From Nitrososphaerota archaeon (GTDB lineage: Archaea > Thermoproteota > Nitrososphaeria > Nitrososphaerales > Gagatemarchaeaceae): DNA of 49,949 nt. Shown here in pieces: positions 16,204 to 25,867 of the stretch. The DNA lies in NCBI GenBank assembly GCA_003135575.1, contig PLCG01000110.1, positions 1 to 49,949 of the forward strand, given 5' to 3'. Below the pieces are notes generated by a model. The model made no database searches. It saw only the letters and a list, made by a program, of their open reading frames with translations, and was not told where the DNA came from. The position numbers and the translations under genes are program-made. Numbering within the stretch: the first letter of the stretch is position 1; every line of letters starts with the position of its first letter.

Positions 16204-16962
16204 ATGAGCCGTCTCGGCCGGATCGAGACACAGCTCACCTCTCGTAAGAGAGGGCATACAGGCCTTGCGGCCCTCATTGACCCCGATAATTTTGAAAAGA
16301 AGGGCGCGATATCTGTGGCAAGAACCACGGAGAAACTTGGTTTCGACTGTATCTTCATCGGAGGTTCGACGTTGGGTGATCAGACGCACTTGGATGATAT
16401 CGTCAGCGCCGTGAAACGTAACGTCACATGTCCAGTGATATTGTTCCCTGGTAACGTCACAGGCATATCACGTCACGCGGATGCAATCCTCTTCAGCTCC
16501 CTGCTGAACTCGACAAACACCTACTTCATCATCGGAGCTCAGGCGATTGGGGCAATCCAGGTCAGCCGATACAATCTAGAGGCGATACCAATGGGGTACC
16601 TCGTCTTCGGCGATGAGAGCACGACAAGCTTCATCGGTCAGGTTCGATCCATACCATACACCAAGCCCGCAGTCGCGGCAATGTACGCGTTAGCAGCCCA
16701 ATATCTAGGCATGAGAGCCCTGTACTTGGAGGCGGGAAGCGGGTCAAACCACCCGATGCCCCCCGAGGTAGTGAAAGCCGTCAGGAAGAGCTTCAAGGGC
16801 CTCTTGGTGGTAGGAGGAGGAATCACAACCCCTGAGATTGCCGCCTCGCTAGCAGACGCCGGCGCCGACTTGCTGGTCATCGGCAACCTCCTCGAGACAA
16901 AGGATTTCAAGAAAAAATTGGTCCCAATAACGAAAGTCCTGAGAGACAAGCTTAAGCACTAA
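16204..16962 (+). CDS. Geranylgeranylglyceryl phosphate synthase (PcrB/GGGPS family)
   Basis: 252 aa TIM-barrel pattern: LIDPD, IFIGGS, ILFPG, YLEAGSG, VVGGGI. Confidence 0.8.
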   Translation: MSRLGRIETQLTSRKRGHTGLAALIDPDNFEKKGAISVARTTEKLGFDCIFIGGSTLGDQTHLDDIVSAVKRNVTCPVILFPGNVTGISRHADAILFSSLLNSTNTYFIIGAQAIGAIQVSRYNLEAIPMGYLVFGDESTTSFIGQVRSIPYTKPAVAAMYALAAQYLGMRALYLEAGSGSNHPMPPEVVKAVRKSFKGLLVVGGGITTPEIAASLADAGADLLVIGNLLETKDFKKKLVPITKVLRDKLKH

Positions 16963-16983
16963 TTCAGCACAGAGTGCAGACCA

Positions 16984-19900
16984 TTGCCCTTCAAGGCTAG
17001 CTCCGCTTGGGAGCATAGCAAGAAACTCACGCTCTTCCCACTAGAGCTCGAGTCTTACTACGGCGACATACTCAACCAATACGAAAGGGCCTACAACATC
17101 GCCGAGGAGGCCAAGTCGAGAGGCCTTGATCCTAACGAGATAGTCGAGTCGAAGACCGTCTTCGACCTAGCCGACCGTGTCAACGAGATGCTGGGGCTCT
17201 CACAATTTGAAGGCCTGGCTGAGAGGCTGCGCCACCTCCTACACACTATGTCCAAGGAAAGGGCCACGCTAACCATCGCTGAAGAAATAGCGCTAGGCAA
17301 GTTTGGCGCTATGAGCATTGATCAGGCCCTCCAATATGCCGTCAGGGCAGGCCTCGCGGTCATTACGGATGGCGTCACCGTCGCTCCGATTCAGGGCATC
17401 TCCACGGTTGTGATCAAGAAGAACGACGACAACAGCGAGTACGCCTCAATCTCGTACGCAGGCCCCATGAGATCCGCCGGCGGGACGGAGGCCGCGTTCT
17501 CCGTGCTAATCGCTGACGTAGTCGCGAAGAAACTCGGGCTCTCACCCTATAGGGCGCGGGAGGAAGAGGTTGCTAGATACATCGAGGAACTCCGAGTGTA
17601 CGAACGCGAGGTCGGAAGCTTCCAATATCGCGTCTCCGATTCGGACGTGCGGGTCGCGCTTTCCAACCTGCCGGTGGAGATTGACGGAGTGGAGACGGAC
17701 CCGTTCGAAGTCGTCGTCCACAGGAACCTGAAGAGAGTAACCACAGACAGAGTCCGAGGAGGAGCTCTCCGCGTCCTCAACGACGGCGTCATCGGCAGGG
17801 CCCACAAGCTCAAAAGAATCCTCACCGATCTCCAGCTCACAGGATGGGACTGGCTCGCCGAGTTGAAGGGTGGGAAGCAGCAGTCCACAGGCGAGACGGA
17901 GAAGATAGGGGCACATTTCGAGGAGGTGATATCCGGACGGCCGGTCATCTCGTCGCCTAATACTCGTGGTGGCCTGAGGATAAGGTACGGAAGGGCCATG
18001 AACACGGGCCTTTCCACCGTTGGCATCCATCCTGCGATCCCCGCCCTTCTAGACAACTGCGTGGTCGTCGGAACCCAGGTCAAGGTCGACATACCGGGAA
18101 AGGCCGCCACAATCGCGTTCGTCGACTCGATCGAAGGACCGACGGCCCTCTTGAAAGACGGCTCCGTACGGCGCGTGAACACCCTGGCCGAGGCTGAGCG
18201 CCTTCACGATGCGTTGGAGCGGATAATCGACATGGGAGACGCGCTCATCAGTTACGGCGACTTCCTTGAGAACAACAAGACGCTGGGACCCTCCCCCTAT
18301 GTCACAGAGTGGTGGCGGCAGGACCTCAAAGCGGCTGCAGGGGAAACGATAAAGCAGAATGAGCCCACAAGTCAAGGGGAGACGGGCCAGCCTACCCGGC
18401 TAGAGACCATACTTGGTGGCGCAATGCCGACAGCCGAGGAGGCGCTGCTACTATCGAAGCAGTTCGACATCCCGCTATACCCCGGCTACACGCCGCGGTT
18501 CGACAGGCTCTCTCCAGCTGAGGTGGTAGAACTGAGGAGTCTCTCGAGCCGCTCAGGACGTGATATCGAGGTCCATATCACATCACATCACATCCAAGAG
18601 ACTTTGCAACATCTGCTGATTCCCTTCACCCGGAACGAGGATTCCGCTACCGTGACAGAAGAATGGGCGACCATTCTAGGTGCACTGATGGACGTGGGTG
18701 GTGACGTCGAGGTCACTGACACCTCCTCCTGGAGTCCCGACAACACACTGGAACTGATTCACCACCTCTCCGGCCTGAAGATAGGTAGGCAGACCACTGC
18801 CACGGTCGGAATGCGGGTGGGCAGGCCCGAGAAGGCGATGCTCAGGCACATGAAACCTCCCGTCCACGTGCTCTTCCCCGTCGGCGCTGCAGGCGGCATG
18901 ACTAGGGATCTGCTCGCCGCTGCGAAGCATGGCGTCATGAGGGTCGACATGGTCAACATCATGTGCCCCTCCTGTGGAAAGCGGAAGCTATCCAGCAGGT
19001 GCGAGGAGTGCGGCGAGGCTACCGTCCGCTTCCTCTCCTGCCCACGATGCGGCCAAATCATAAACGCCGAAGAAGGTCAGTCCTGTCCGCGATGCAAGGC
19101 GGAGGGAGTGACGCATTCTAACCACAACCTGGACGTACGGGCCGCGGTAGACGTGGTCCTGAGGAAGGTTCCTGAGGTAGCGCGCGGCCCTATAAAGGGG
19201 GTCAGGGGCCTATCAAGCGGCTCCAAGTACGCGGAACCCATCGAGAAGGGCGCCCTTCGGAGCAAGCACGAGATCTACGTATACAAGGACGGGACCGCGC
19301 GAGTAGATGTCACGAACGCGCCGCTCACCCACTTCAGGCCTAGTAACATACGCACGGACATCGCGATGCTGCGTTCGTTGGGATACGATGTCGACAAGGA
19401 CGGCAAGCCGCTCGTCGACCCGGAGCAAATCGTGCCGCTCAAGCCGCAAGACGTCGTGATCCCCGAGAACACTGCGCACGACCTTCTGAGGGTCGCTGCG
19501 TTCGTCGACGACGAGCTAGAAATCGTCTACGGGTTGCCGAGGTTCTACAACGTCAAATCGATTGACGAGCTCAGAGGAAAGGTGATCGTGGGCCTGGCCC
19601 CCCACACGTCCGTCGGAGTGGCAGGAAGGATTGTCGGGTTCTCGAACGCCCAGGTGTGCTTCGCAAACCCATGCTGGCACTCTTCCAAGCGCAGAGACTG
19701 CGACGGCGACGGCGACTCCATCTTGCTCCTGCTCGACATCTTTCTCAACTTCTCAGTCGAGTACATACCGACGCAAATCGGCGGACTAATGGACACCCCG
19801 CTCCTGATTCAACCCATCATCCTCCCTGCGGAGGTCGACGATCAGGCCCACAACTTCGATGTGGCTTGGGAATACCCCCTCGCCTTTTACCAAGCTACCG

Positions 19901-20496
19901 AATCCTCTCCGAATGCCTCTAAGGTCTCGAACCTCGTGGAGACCATCAGGAACAGGGTGAACCTCCCGGAGCAGTTCTACAATTACGGGTTCACTCACAG
20001 CGCAAGCTCGATTACGATAAAGAGCCCGCGGAGCGCCTATTCCACGCTCACGACGCTCGCCGACAAGATAGCAAAGCAGATCGAGGTCGCCGAGAAAATC
20101 GAGGCCGTGTCGGCAAGGCAGGTCGTCGAGTCCATAATCAAGACCCACCTCATCAGGGACATCGCAGGCAACATGAAGAAGTACGCCACCCAGTCGTTCA
20201 AGTGTAGGGCCTGCAGCCGAACATTGCGCAGGCCCACCGTCTCCGCCAAATGCGAAATTTGCGGAGGGGAACTCAGGGAGACTCTCACCAGGGGCTCGGT
20301 CGAGAAGTATCTGGCGATTGCGCGCAGGCTGGCGCACCAGTACGACGTCGACGAGTACATCAAAGAGCGCCTCGATTTGCTGGTCAGGGAGATGGATCAA
20401 CTCTTCCAGACTAGGGAGAAGAGCACCCAGTCGGAGCTCACTGATTTCGCGGATCAGACGCTAGAGCCTGAGCCCGGCCTCGTCGTAGACAGATAG
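16984..20496 (+). CDS. polC: DNA polymerase II (PolD) large catalytic subunit DP2
   Basis: 1170 aa. Central Cys clusters (CPSCG, CEECG, CPRCG, CPRCK) and a C-terminal zinc finger (CRACS...CEICGG). The size fits an intein-free DP2. TTG start. Confidence 0.9.
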   Translation: MPFKASSAWEHSKKLTLFPLELESYYGDILNQYERAYNIAEEAKSRGLDPNEIVESKTVFDLADRVNEMLGLSQFEGLAERLRHLLHTMSKERATLTIAEEIALGKFGAMSIDQALQYAVRAGLAVITDGVTVAPIQGISTVVIKKNDDNSEYASISYAGPMRSAGGTEAAFSVLIADVVAKKLGLSPYRAREEEVARYIEELRVYEREVGSFQYRVSDSDVRVALSNLPVEIDGVETDPFEVVVHRNLKRVTTDRVRGGALRVLNDGVIGRAHKLKRILTDLQLTGWDWLAELKGGKQQSTGETEKIGAHFEEVISGRPVISSPNTRGGLRIRYGRAMNTGLSTVGIHPAIPALLDNCVVVGTQVKVDIPGKAATIAFVDSIEGPTALLKDGSVRRVNTLAEAERLHDALERIIDMGDALISYGDFLENNKTLGPSPYVTEWWRQDLKAAAGETIKQNEPTSQGETGQPTRLETILGGAMPTAEEALLLSKQFDIPLYPGYTPRFDRLSPAEVVELRSLSSRSGRDIEVHITSHHIQETLQHLLIPFTRNEDSATVTEEWATILGALMDVGGDVEVTDTSSWSPDNTLELIHHLSGLKIGRQTTATVGMRVGRPEKAMLRHMKPPVHVLFPVGAAGGMTRDLLAAAKHGVMRVDMVNIMCPSCGKRKLSSRCEECGEATVRFLSCPRCGQIINAEEGQSCPRCKAEGVTHSNHNLDVRAAVDVVLRKVPEVARGPIKGVRGLSSGSKYAEPIEKGALRSKHEIYVYKDGTARVDVTNAPLTHFRPSNIRTDIAMLRSLGYDVDKDGKPLVDPEQIVPLKPQDVVIPENTAHDLLRVAAFVDDELEIVYGLPRFYNVKSIDELRGKVIVGLAPHTSVGVAGRIVGFSNAQVCFANPCWHSSKRRDCDGDGDSILLLLDIFLNFSVEYIPTQIGGLMDTPLLIQPIILPAEVDDQAHNFDVAWEYPLAFYQATESSPNASKVSNLVETIRNRVNLPEQFYNYGFTHSASSITIKSPRSAYSTLTTLADKIAKQIEVAEKIEAVSARQVVESIIKTHLIRDIAGNMKKYATQSFKCRACSRTLRRPTVSAKCEICGGELRETLTRGSVEKYLAIARRLAHQYDVDEYIKERLDLLVREMDQLFQTREKSTQSELTDFADQTLEPEPGLVVDR

Positions 20497-20500
20497 CCTA

Positions 20501-21793
20501 CTAACGGTAGAAATATGCCGGGGAGTTGTCGAACGAGTACTTCACCCTCTGGTGCAACCTGCGGAGGCCCCGCACCCGCTTCTTGACGAGGTCCGCCTTG
20601 TCCGTGGTCAGTGCCATGTGCAAGACGTCGGCGACTTCCTTCATCTCGCTCTTCCCCATACCGAGCCTTGTGAGCTCCGACACGCCTACCCGTATCCCGC
20701 CCGGGTTCGTGTAGTGCCTCCCCGCTTGGAGATCTCCGGGGAGCAGCTGACGGTTGAGTATGATGTTCATGTCCTCGAGCTTCTTCTCCACAATCCCTCC
20801 ATCTCCATACTTGGTGACGTCGATGGCCACCTGGTGGGACTTGGTGTACCCATGGCTCTCCCCGAGGACGCTCACGCCCTTTTCTGCCAGGGTCTCTGCC
20901 AGCACCTGTGCGTTCCTGATGACGTCTCTGGCATACCCTTTCCCGAACTTCAAGAACTCCGAGAACATGAGGGCCTTCGCCGCCACACTGTGGAGGTGGT
21001 GATTGCTTGACGTACCCGGGAACACCGATTTTTTCATAGCCTCGCCGTATTGGGCCTTGCAGACAATCGTCCCGCCCTGTGGACCGAAGAGCGTCTTGTG
21101 CGTGCTGAAACTCATCACGTGAGCACCCTCCCCCAACGGATCCTGGAACTGACCTCCCGCAATCAGGCCCGCGACATGGGCAGCGTCGTAGCAGGGGACA
21201 GCACCGACCTCGAGCACAGCATCCGCGAGCTCCCTGACCGGATGCGGAAACAGGAAAAGGCTACCCCCGAACATCACGATCTTTAGTTTCTTCCCGGAGG
21301 ATTGGACGGCCTTCAACTTCTTCTTGGTCTCATCGATGTCGATGTTCATGTTCTCCTTGTCGAAGACGAAATACTCGATGTCCAACCCGTGAACGAGCCC
21401 GGCCGTTCCCGAGAACTCTTTCTTGCCTGCCGAGATGTGGCCGCCGTTCGGGATGGACAAAGCCATCATCGTGTCTCCCGGATCAGACAACGTAGAGTAC
21501 ACAGCAAGATTGGCACAGGCCCCCGACACGGGACGAACATCCGCGAACTCCGCCTTGAACAACGTCTTGGCGAGGCTCATGGCCTCTAGCTCGATTTGAT
21601 CTATGAACTTGCAACCCGCGTACACCCTCTCCCCGGGCCAGCCCTCAGCATACCTGTGCCCCAAATCAGAAGTAAGCACATTCCTCACGGTGCGAGAGGC
21701 GACGTTCTCGCTCGCGACCAGCGGGAGGCTCTCTGAGAACCACTTCTCGTGCTGCTTGACCAGCGAGATTATCTTGCCGTATTGATTCTTCAC
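20501..21793 (-). CDS. glyA: Serine hydroxymethyltransferase
   Basis: PLP-lysine motif FSTHKTLFGPQGG. 430 aa. Confidence 0.9.
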   Translation of the reverse strand: MKNQYGKIISLVKQHEKWFSESLPLVASENVASRTVRNVLTSDLGHRYAEGWPGERVYAGCKFIDQIELEAMSLAKTLFKAEFADVRPVSGACANLAVYSTLSDPGDTMMALSIPNGGHISAGKKEFSGTAGLVHGLDIEYFVFDKENMNIDIDETKKKLKAVQSSGKKLKIVMFGGSLFLFPHPVRELADAVLEVGAVPCYDAAHVAGLIAGGQFQDPLGEGAHVMSFSTHKTLFGPQGGTIVCKAQYGEAMKKSVFPGTSSNHHLHSVAAKALMFSEFLKFGKGYARDVIRNAQVLAETLAEKGVSVLGESHGYTKSHQVAIDVTKYGDGGIVEKKLEDMNIILNRQLLPGDLQAGRHYTNPGGIRVGVSELTRLGMGKSEMKEVADVLHMALTTDKADLVKKRVRGLRRLHQRVKYSFDNSPAYFYR

Positions 21794-21901
21794 GATGCAC
21801 AGGAACCCGCATCACTAATTATTGTTTTTGTGAAATTATTTGATTCGTAGCCGTCACAGCATATTTTAAAAGGGCGGCCGCACGGCGAAAGCGAGAACGC
21901 G

Positions 21902-22120
21902 ATGAGCAAGAAGAAGGGCAATCCACTACCGGCATCGAGCGCCGGCCTCCTCAGGTTCTTCGAGGATGAGACCGAAGGCGTCAAAATCAAGCCCGAGATT
22001 GTCCTTGGGGCCTCAATGGGACTAGTCGTAACATCAATTGCGATAAACATCTTGTTCCCAGCGCCACCGTCCACAACCGCGGCGACGGCGGTGGCCATCA
22101 TCGGCCTACTATTCGGGTAG
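21902..22120 (+). CDS. Preprotein translocase subunit Sec61-beta (archaeal SecG)
   Basis: 72 aa. SSAGLLRFFEDE followed by a single C-terminal TM helix. Confidence 0.8.
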   Translation: MSKKKGNPLPASSAGLLRFFEDETEGVKIKPEIVLGASMGLVVTSIAINILFPAPPSTTAATAVAIIGLLFG

Positions 22121-22228
22121 ATTCCTCTGTATGGCTCTGCAACCGAACAACTAGCCCGCCGTTACCGGCATCTTTTCGTCCTACCTTCCTTCTCGAGCCT
22201 CGCAATCTTTCTTTCGATTTCCAACGTC

Positions 22229-23896
22229 TTGCTCTTGGCGCCACTGGTCGCGCTGGACGGCTTGCCGGTGGCCGTCGCTCTGACAATCTTCGTCGCCGTG
22301 TTCGCGTCTTCGGGCCTGGTCACCTACGTCATCAAAGCACTGGATCGCGACTCGATAATCTCTCTACGGCGAACTTTTGGGCTCGCGCTCACCTCCAACC
22401 TGATCTGGACGATCCCGTTCGCGGTCGGCTCACTCTTCTCTTGGGTTTCGCACAGCCCTCAGCCGGGGCTGAACGAGTTCGTCCTAGGCGCCTTCTTCGC
22501 TTGGAGCTTCGAGCTGCTAGTAATCAACGGCGCATTCCTGTCGAGCACAATCCAGAGCATCTGCATATCTGTCATTCAACCCGCAGTAACACTGCTGTTG
22601 GCCTCGACGTTCGTCTTGCACCTCAACTCCGCGGCTGTCTATGCCGCAGTCCTCGGCTTCGTCATATTGGGAATCACCACTGGTTTCCTACTGAAATTCA
22701 AGACCTTCAAGACCCAAGGCGTCGGAATCAACTCGCTCCAGACATTCCAGTCGTTCCTCAAGACCTGGGTCTCGCACAAGCCAGCCAGCCTCGAGAATTA
22801 TTTCACGCAATACTCTCAGGACGCACCCGTCACCACAAAAATAATCGTGGCGAGCGACACGAAGAAAGTAGCCCTGGTGCTGCCGGGGGTGCATCCGGGC
22901 CCGTTCTATCCGGTCGGCAGCTACAACCTCTCAGAGCTGATATATCACGAACTCCGCAACCACGACATAATAGCGATGGTCCTTCACGGCATCGGAGGTC
23001 ACGAAAGGAACCTCCCGACGAACGAGCTCGCGAAGCGGTATGCGGCTGAAATCGCGAGCGCCGTGACGTCGCCCTCGGACGGCGGGCAGCAGTCCTGGAC
23101 CATGCGCGGGCCAGTCAGGCTGAAACTAGGCTCGGAAATCGTGACGACACTGGGGTTCGGAAAGCAAGTCATCGCATTCCTCTCTAACGCGCCCTACAAC
23201 ACCGACGACCTGGAACCCACGATAATCGATGGGGCAGTATCCACTGCAAAGGAGTTGGGAGTCGAACTTATGCTCGTAGACGCGCACAACTCCATCGGAG
23301 GAGAGAACGCGGAGCAACCGAAAATCTCGAAGGACGACTGGGTCAAAATCTTCTCAGAAATCAAAGCAAGTCCCGAGGAAGAGTTCGAGCTCGGGGTGGC
23401 ACATTCTTCGGAGCTACAGTTCGACCATGGGTCCGACATCAGTGACGGAGGAGTCACCGTCCTTCTCTTCAGAAAGCACGGCTCCAAATCTGCCCTGATA
23501 ACCGCCGACTCGAACAACGCGATCGTGGGCCTACGGCAGAAGATATCCGACGAGCTCAAGAGAGTGGACGTAGCTCTAATCGAACTGTGCACGTCAGACA
23601 CTCACAAGTCGGCCGCGCGGTATTTGACCAACCGAGGCTATCACGCGTTGGGCGAGGACAGCAACATAGAGACGCTCGTCGCCACGATTAAGAGGCTGGA
23701 GAAGCTCGCTGAGGACAGGCTATCGCGTGGCAGCGTCACGGCCATCACCTCGCAGCTGACCTTACCTCTAATCGGTGACAAGTCGCTAAATGATTTTGCC
23801 ACACTGACAAAAGAGACTCTGAGCTTTACAAAGGCGTATTCGAGCGCCGCGCTGGTCTCATCGCTCGTCATCTGCTCCCTGGCACTCTTCTTCTGA
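22229..23896 (+). CDS. Large archaeal membrane protein (DUF2070-like)
   Basis: 555 aa. The N-terminal third is polytopic, followed by a soluble domain and a C-terminal TM helix. The family name is from memory only. Confidence 0.5.
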   Translation: MLLAPLVALDGLPVAVALTIFVAVFASSGLVTYVIKALDRDSIISLRRTFGLALTSNLIWTIPFAVGSLFSWVSHSPQPGLNEFVLGAFFAWSFELLVINGAFLSSTIQSICISVIQPAVTLLLASTFVLHLNSAAVYAAVLGFVILGITTGFLLKFKTFKTQGVGINSLQTFQSFLKTWVSHKPASLENYFTQYSQDAPVTTKIIVASDTKKVALVLPGVHPGPFYPVGSYNLSELIYHELRNHDIIAMVLHGIGGHERNLPTNELAKRYAAEIASAVTSPSDGGQQSWTMRGPVRLKLGSEIVTTLGFGKQVIAFLSNAPYNTDDLEPTIIDGAVSTAKELGVELMLVDAHNSIGGENAEQPKISKDDWVKIFSEIKASPEEEFELGVAHSSELQFDHGSDISDGGVTVLLFRKHGSKSALITADSNNAIVGLRQKISDELKRVDVALIELCTSDTHKSAARYLTNRGYHALGEDSNIETLVATIKRLEKLAEDRLSRGSVTAITSQLTLPLIGDKSLNDFATLTKETLSFTKAYSSAALVSSLVICSLALFF

Positions 23897-23910
23897 GGAG
23901 GCATTCTGAC

Positions 23911-24531
23911 TTGAAAATTCCCCGTGGATACTTGGTCGGAATCGAAGGCATAGACGCGGTCGGAAAGAACACCCAGAGCCTCCTCCTGTCCAAATGGTTT
24001 GGCAAGAAAGGGGCGAAGACCACGCGCATGTCGTTTCCCGACTACGACACTTCTATCGGGAGGGAAATCAAATCATTCCTCTCTGGCCGAAGGACCTACC
24101 CTGCGGAGCTGCAACATCTTCTCTTCGCTGCTAACAGGTGGGAGAAATCTGAGGAAATCAGATTGCGCCTTGAGGCGGGCGAGATAATAATCGTCAACAG
24201 GTACACCGAGTCCAACTTGGCATACGGGATGGCGAACGGGCTCGACGCCGCTTGGCTGGCAAACCTCGAGAAGGGCCTTCCCAGAGCCGACCTCGTCATA
24301 GTCCTGGACGCGCCCCCCAAGTCTCTCAGCTCCAGGAGGCCCGGCAGCAGAAAGGACGCCTATGAGAGGAGCAGCAGCCTGCAGCGTACGGCCCAAAAGG
24401 CTTACAGGGAGCTCGCGCGCAAGCGGGGTTGGAAGCTCGTTGACGCCGAAAGGCCAATCAAGGAAGTCCAAGCCGCGGTGCTGAAGACGATAAGAGAGGC
24501 CATCTTAGTGGACCGGGGAACGACGATATGA
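23911..24531 (+). CDS. tmk: Thymidylate kinase
   Basis: P-loop GIEGIDAVGKNTQ. 206 aa. TTG start. Confidence 0.8.
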   Translation: MKIPRGYLVGIEGIDAVGKNTQSLLLSKWFGKKGAKTTRMSFPDYDTSIGREIKSFLSGRRTYPAELQHLLFAANRWEKSEEIRLRLEAGEIIIVNRYTESNLAYGMANGLDAAWLANLEKGLPRADLVIVLDAPPKSLSSRRPGSRKDAYERSSSLQRTAQKAYRELARKRGWKLVDAERPIKEVQAAVLKTIREAILVDRGTTI

Positions 24532-25829
24532 CCCTCAAATACGTCGCTGAAATCAGGGACCCGATCCACGGATACATCAAGATCACAAAGCAAGAGCGCG
24601 AGCTCATAGACTCGATCTTCATACAACGTCTGCGGAGAATCCACCAGCTCGCCGGGGCCTACCTCGTCTACCCAGGCGGCGTGCACACCAGGTTCGAGCA
24701 CGTCATCGGCACCATGCACGTCGCAGGCCTGATCGGCCAGTCGGTCGCGGGGAGGGCAGGGCTTCGAGACGACGACATCCAAGAGCTCAGGATAGCCGCC
24801 CTGCTCCACGACGTCGGGCACGGACCGTTCTCCCACCTGTTCGAAGAAGTCCTTTCAGAGAAGACCGACATGAATCACGAGGACATCTCTCAGAGAATTG
24901 TGACCGAGTCAAACATAGGAGACATCCTGAGGAGCAACGGACACCAACCCTCGAAAATAGCGAAGCTCTGCGTCGGCAAGTCGAAGGACCGGCCGTTCAT
25001 GAACCAGGTCATCGCCGGAGGACTGAGCGCGGACATGATGGACTATCTCCTCAGGGACACCTACTTCACCGGCGTGGAATATGGGAAGGTAGACATACAA
25101 AGGGTGATCGATTCGTTGGACGTAAGCGGCGACGGTCACCTCATGCTCGAAAGGGCAGCGCTCTACGCATTCGAGGCCCTCCTGATCGCAAGGTATGAGA
25201 TGTTCAAGGCGGTATACTTCCACCGGACTGTGAGGGCGGCTGAGCTCATGCTCGCGCACTCGATGACGTTGGCCGACAAACAGTTGCACCTGACCGACCT
25301 CTCAAGGATAGACAAAATCCTCAGACTCACCGACGAGATAGTCCTGCAACAGCTCGCCGACCTAGAGCCTCGCACGCCAGAGCTCAAGATGGCGCAGAAG
25401 CTCGCCGCGAGCTACATGCAGAGGAGGCTCGTGAAGTGCGTCTTCGAGAAGGTCATGCAAAGGAAAGACAGGACGATTCAGCGCATATTCAGCAAGAAGA
25501 GGTTCAGGGACGAGCTCGCCTCGAGCATCGCGCAAAGCGCGGGCGTCAAGCCTTCAAGCATCTACATCGACGTCCCGAACACGCCATCTGTGCCCTACAC
25601 GTCCGAGAGGCAGGCTTTCAACTCGATTACCCTCTTCTCCAACGACGTCTACGGGGGCAGAAGAAAGACGGAGACCGTGCCGATAAGCGAGCTCCCCCTC
25701 GTCGGGTCCATCACCGGATTCATGGACATCCTGAGGATCTACACCCTCTCCGAAGACAGGAGCAAGGTCGTCAGCGCCGTCGAGACGATCTTCGGCAAGG
25801 AAGATTTCATGTCACGAATCTCGGTCTGA
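24528..25829 (+). CDS. HD-domain phosphohydrolase (dNTP triphosphohydrolase-like)
   Basis: RFEHVIGTMHV and LLHDVGHGPFSH motifs. ATGA overlap with tmk. Confidence 0.8.
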   Translation: MTLKYVAEIRDPIHGYIKITKQERELIDSIFIQRLRRIHQLAGAYLVYPGGVHTRFEHVIGTMHVAGLIGQSVAGRAGLRDDDIQELRIAALLHDVGHGPFSHLFEEVLSEKTDMNHEDISQRIVTESNIGDILRSNGHQPSKIAKLCVGKSKDRPFMNQVIAGGLSADMMDYLLRDTYFTGVEYGKVDIQRVIDSLDVSGDGHLMLERAALYAFEALLIARYEMFKAVYFHRTVRAAELMLAHSMTLADKQLHLTDLSRIDKILRLTDEIVLQQLADLEPRTPELKMAQKLAASYMQRRLVKCVFEKVMQRKDRTIQRIFSKKRFRDELASSIAQSAGVKPSSIYIDVPNTPSVPYTSERQAFNSITLFSNDVYGGRRKTETVPISELPLVGSITGFMDILRIYTLSEDRSKVVSAVETIFGKEDFMSRISV

Positions 25830-25867
25830 GCCATCTGTCCTGAAATACAATCTCGCCGTAAGCACAG

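Noticed and set aside
16984-20496. Checked DP2 for an intein. XPD, PCNA, PriS and Cdc6 were checked in the same way.
   Set aside because: The lengths are those of intein-free proteins. No Cys/Ser...HN-Cys/Ser/Thr splice-junction blocks or embedded LAGLIDADG motifs were seen.
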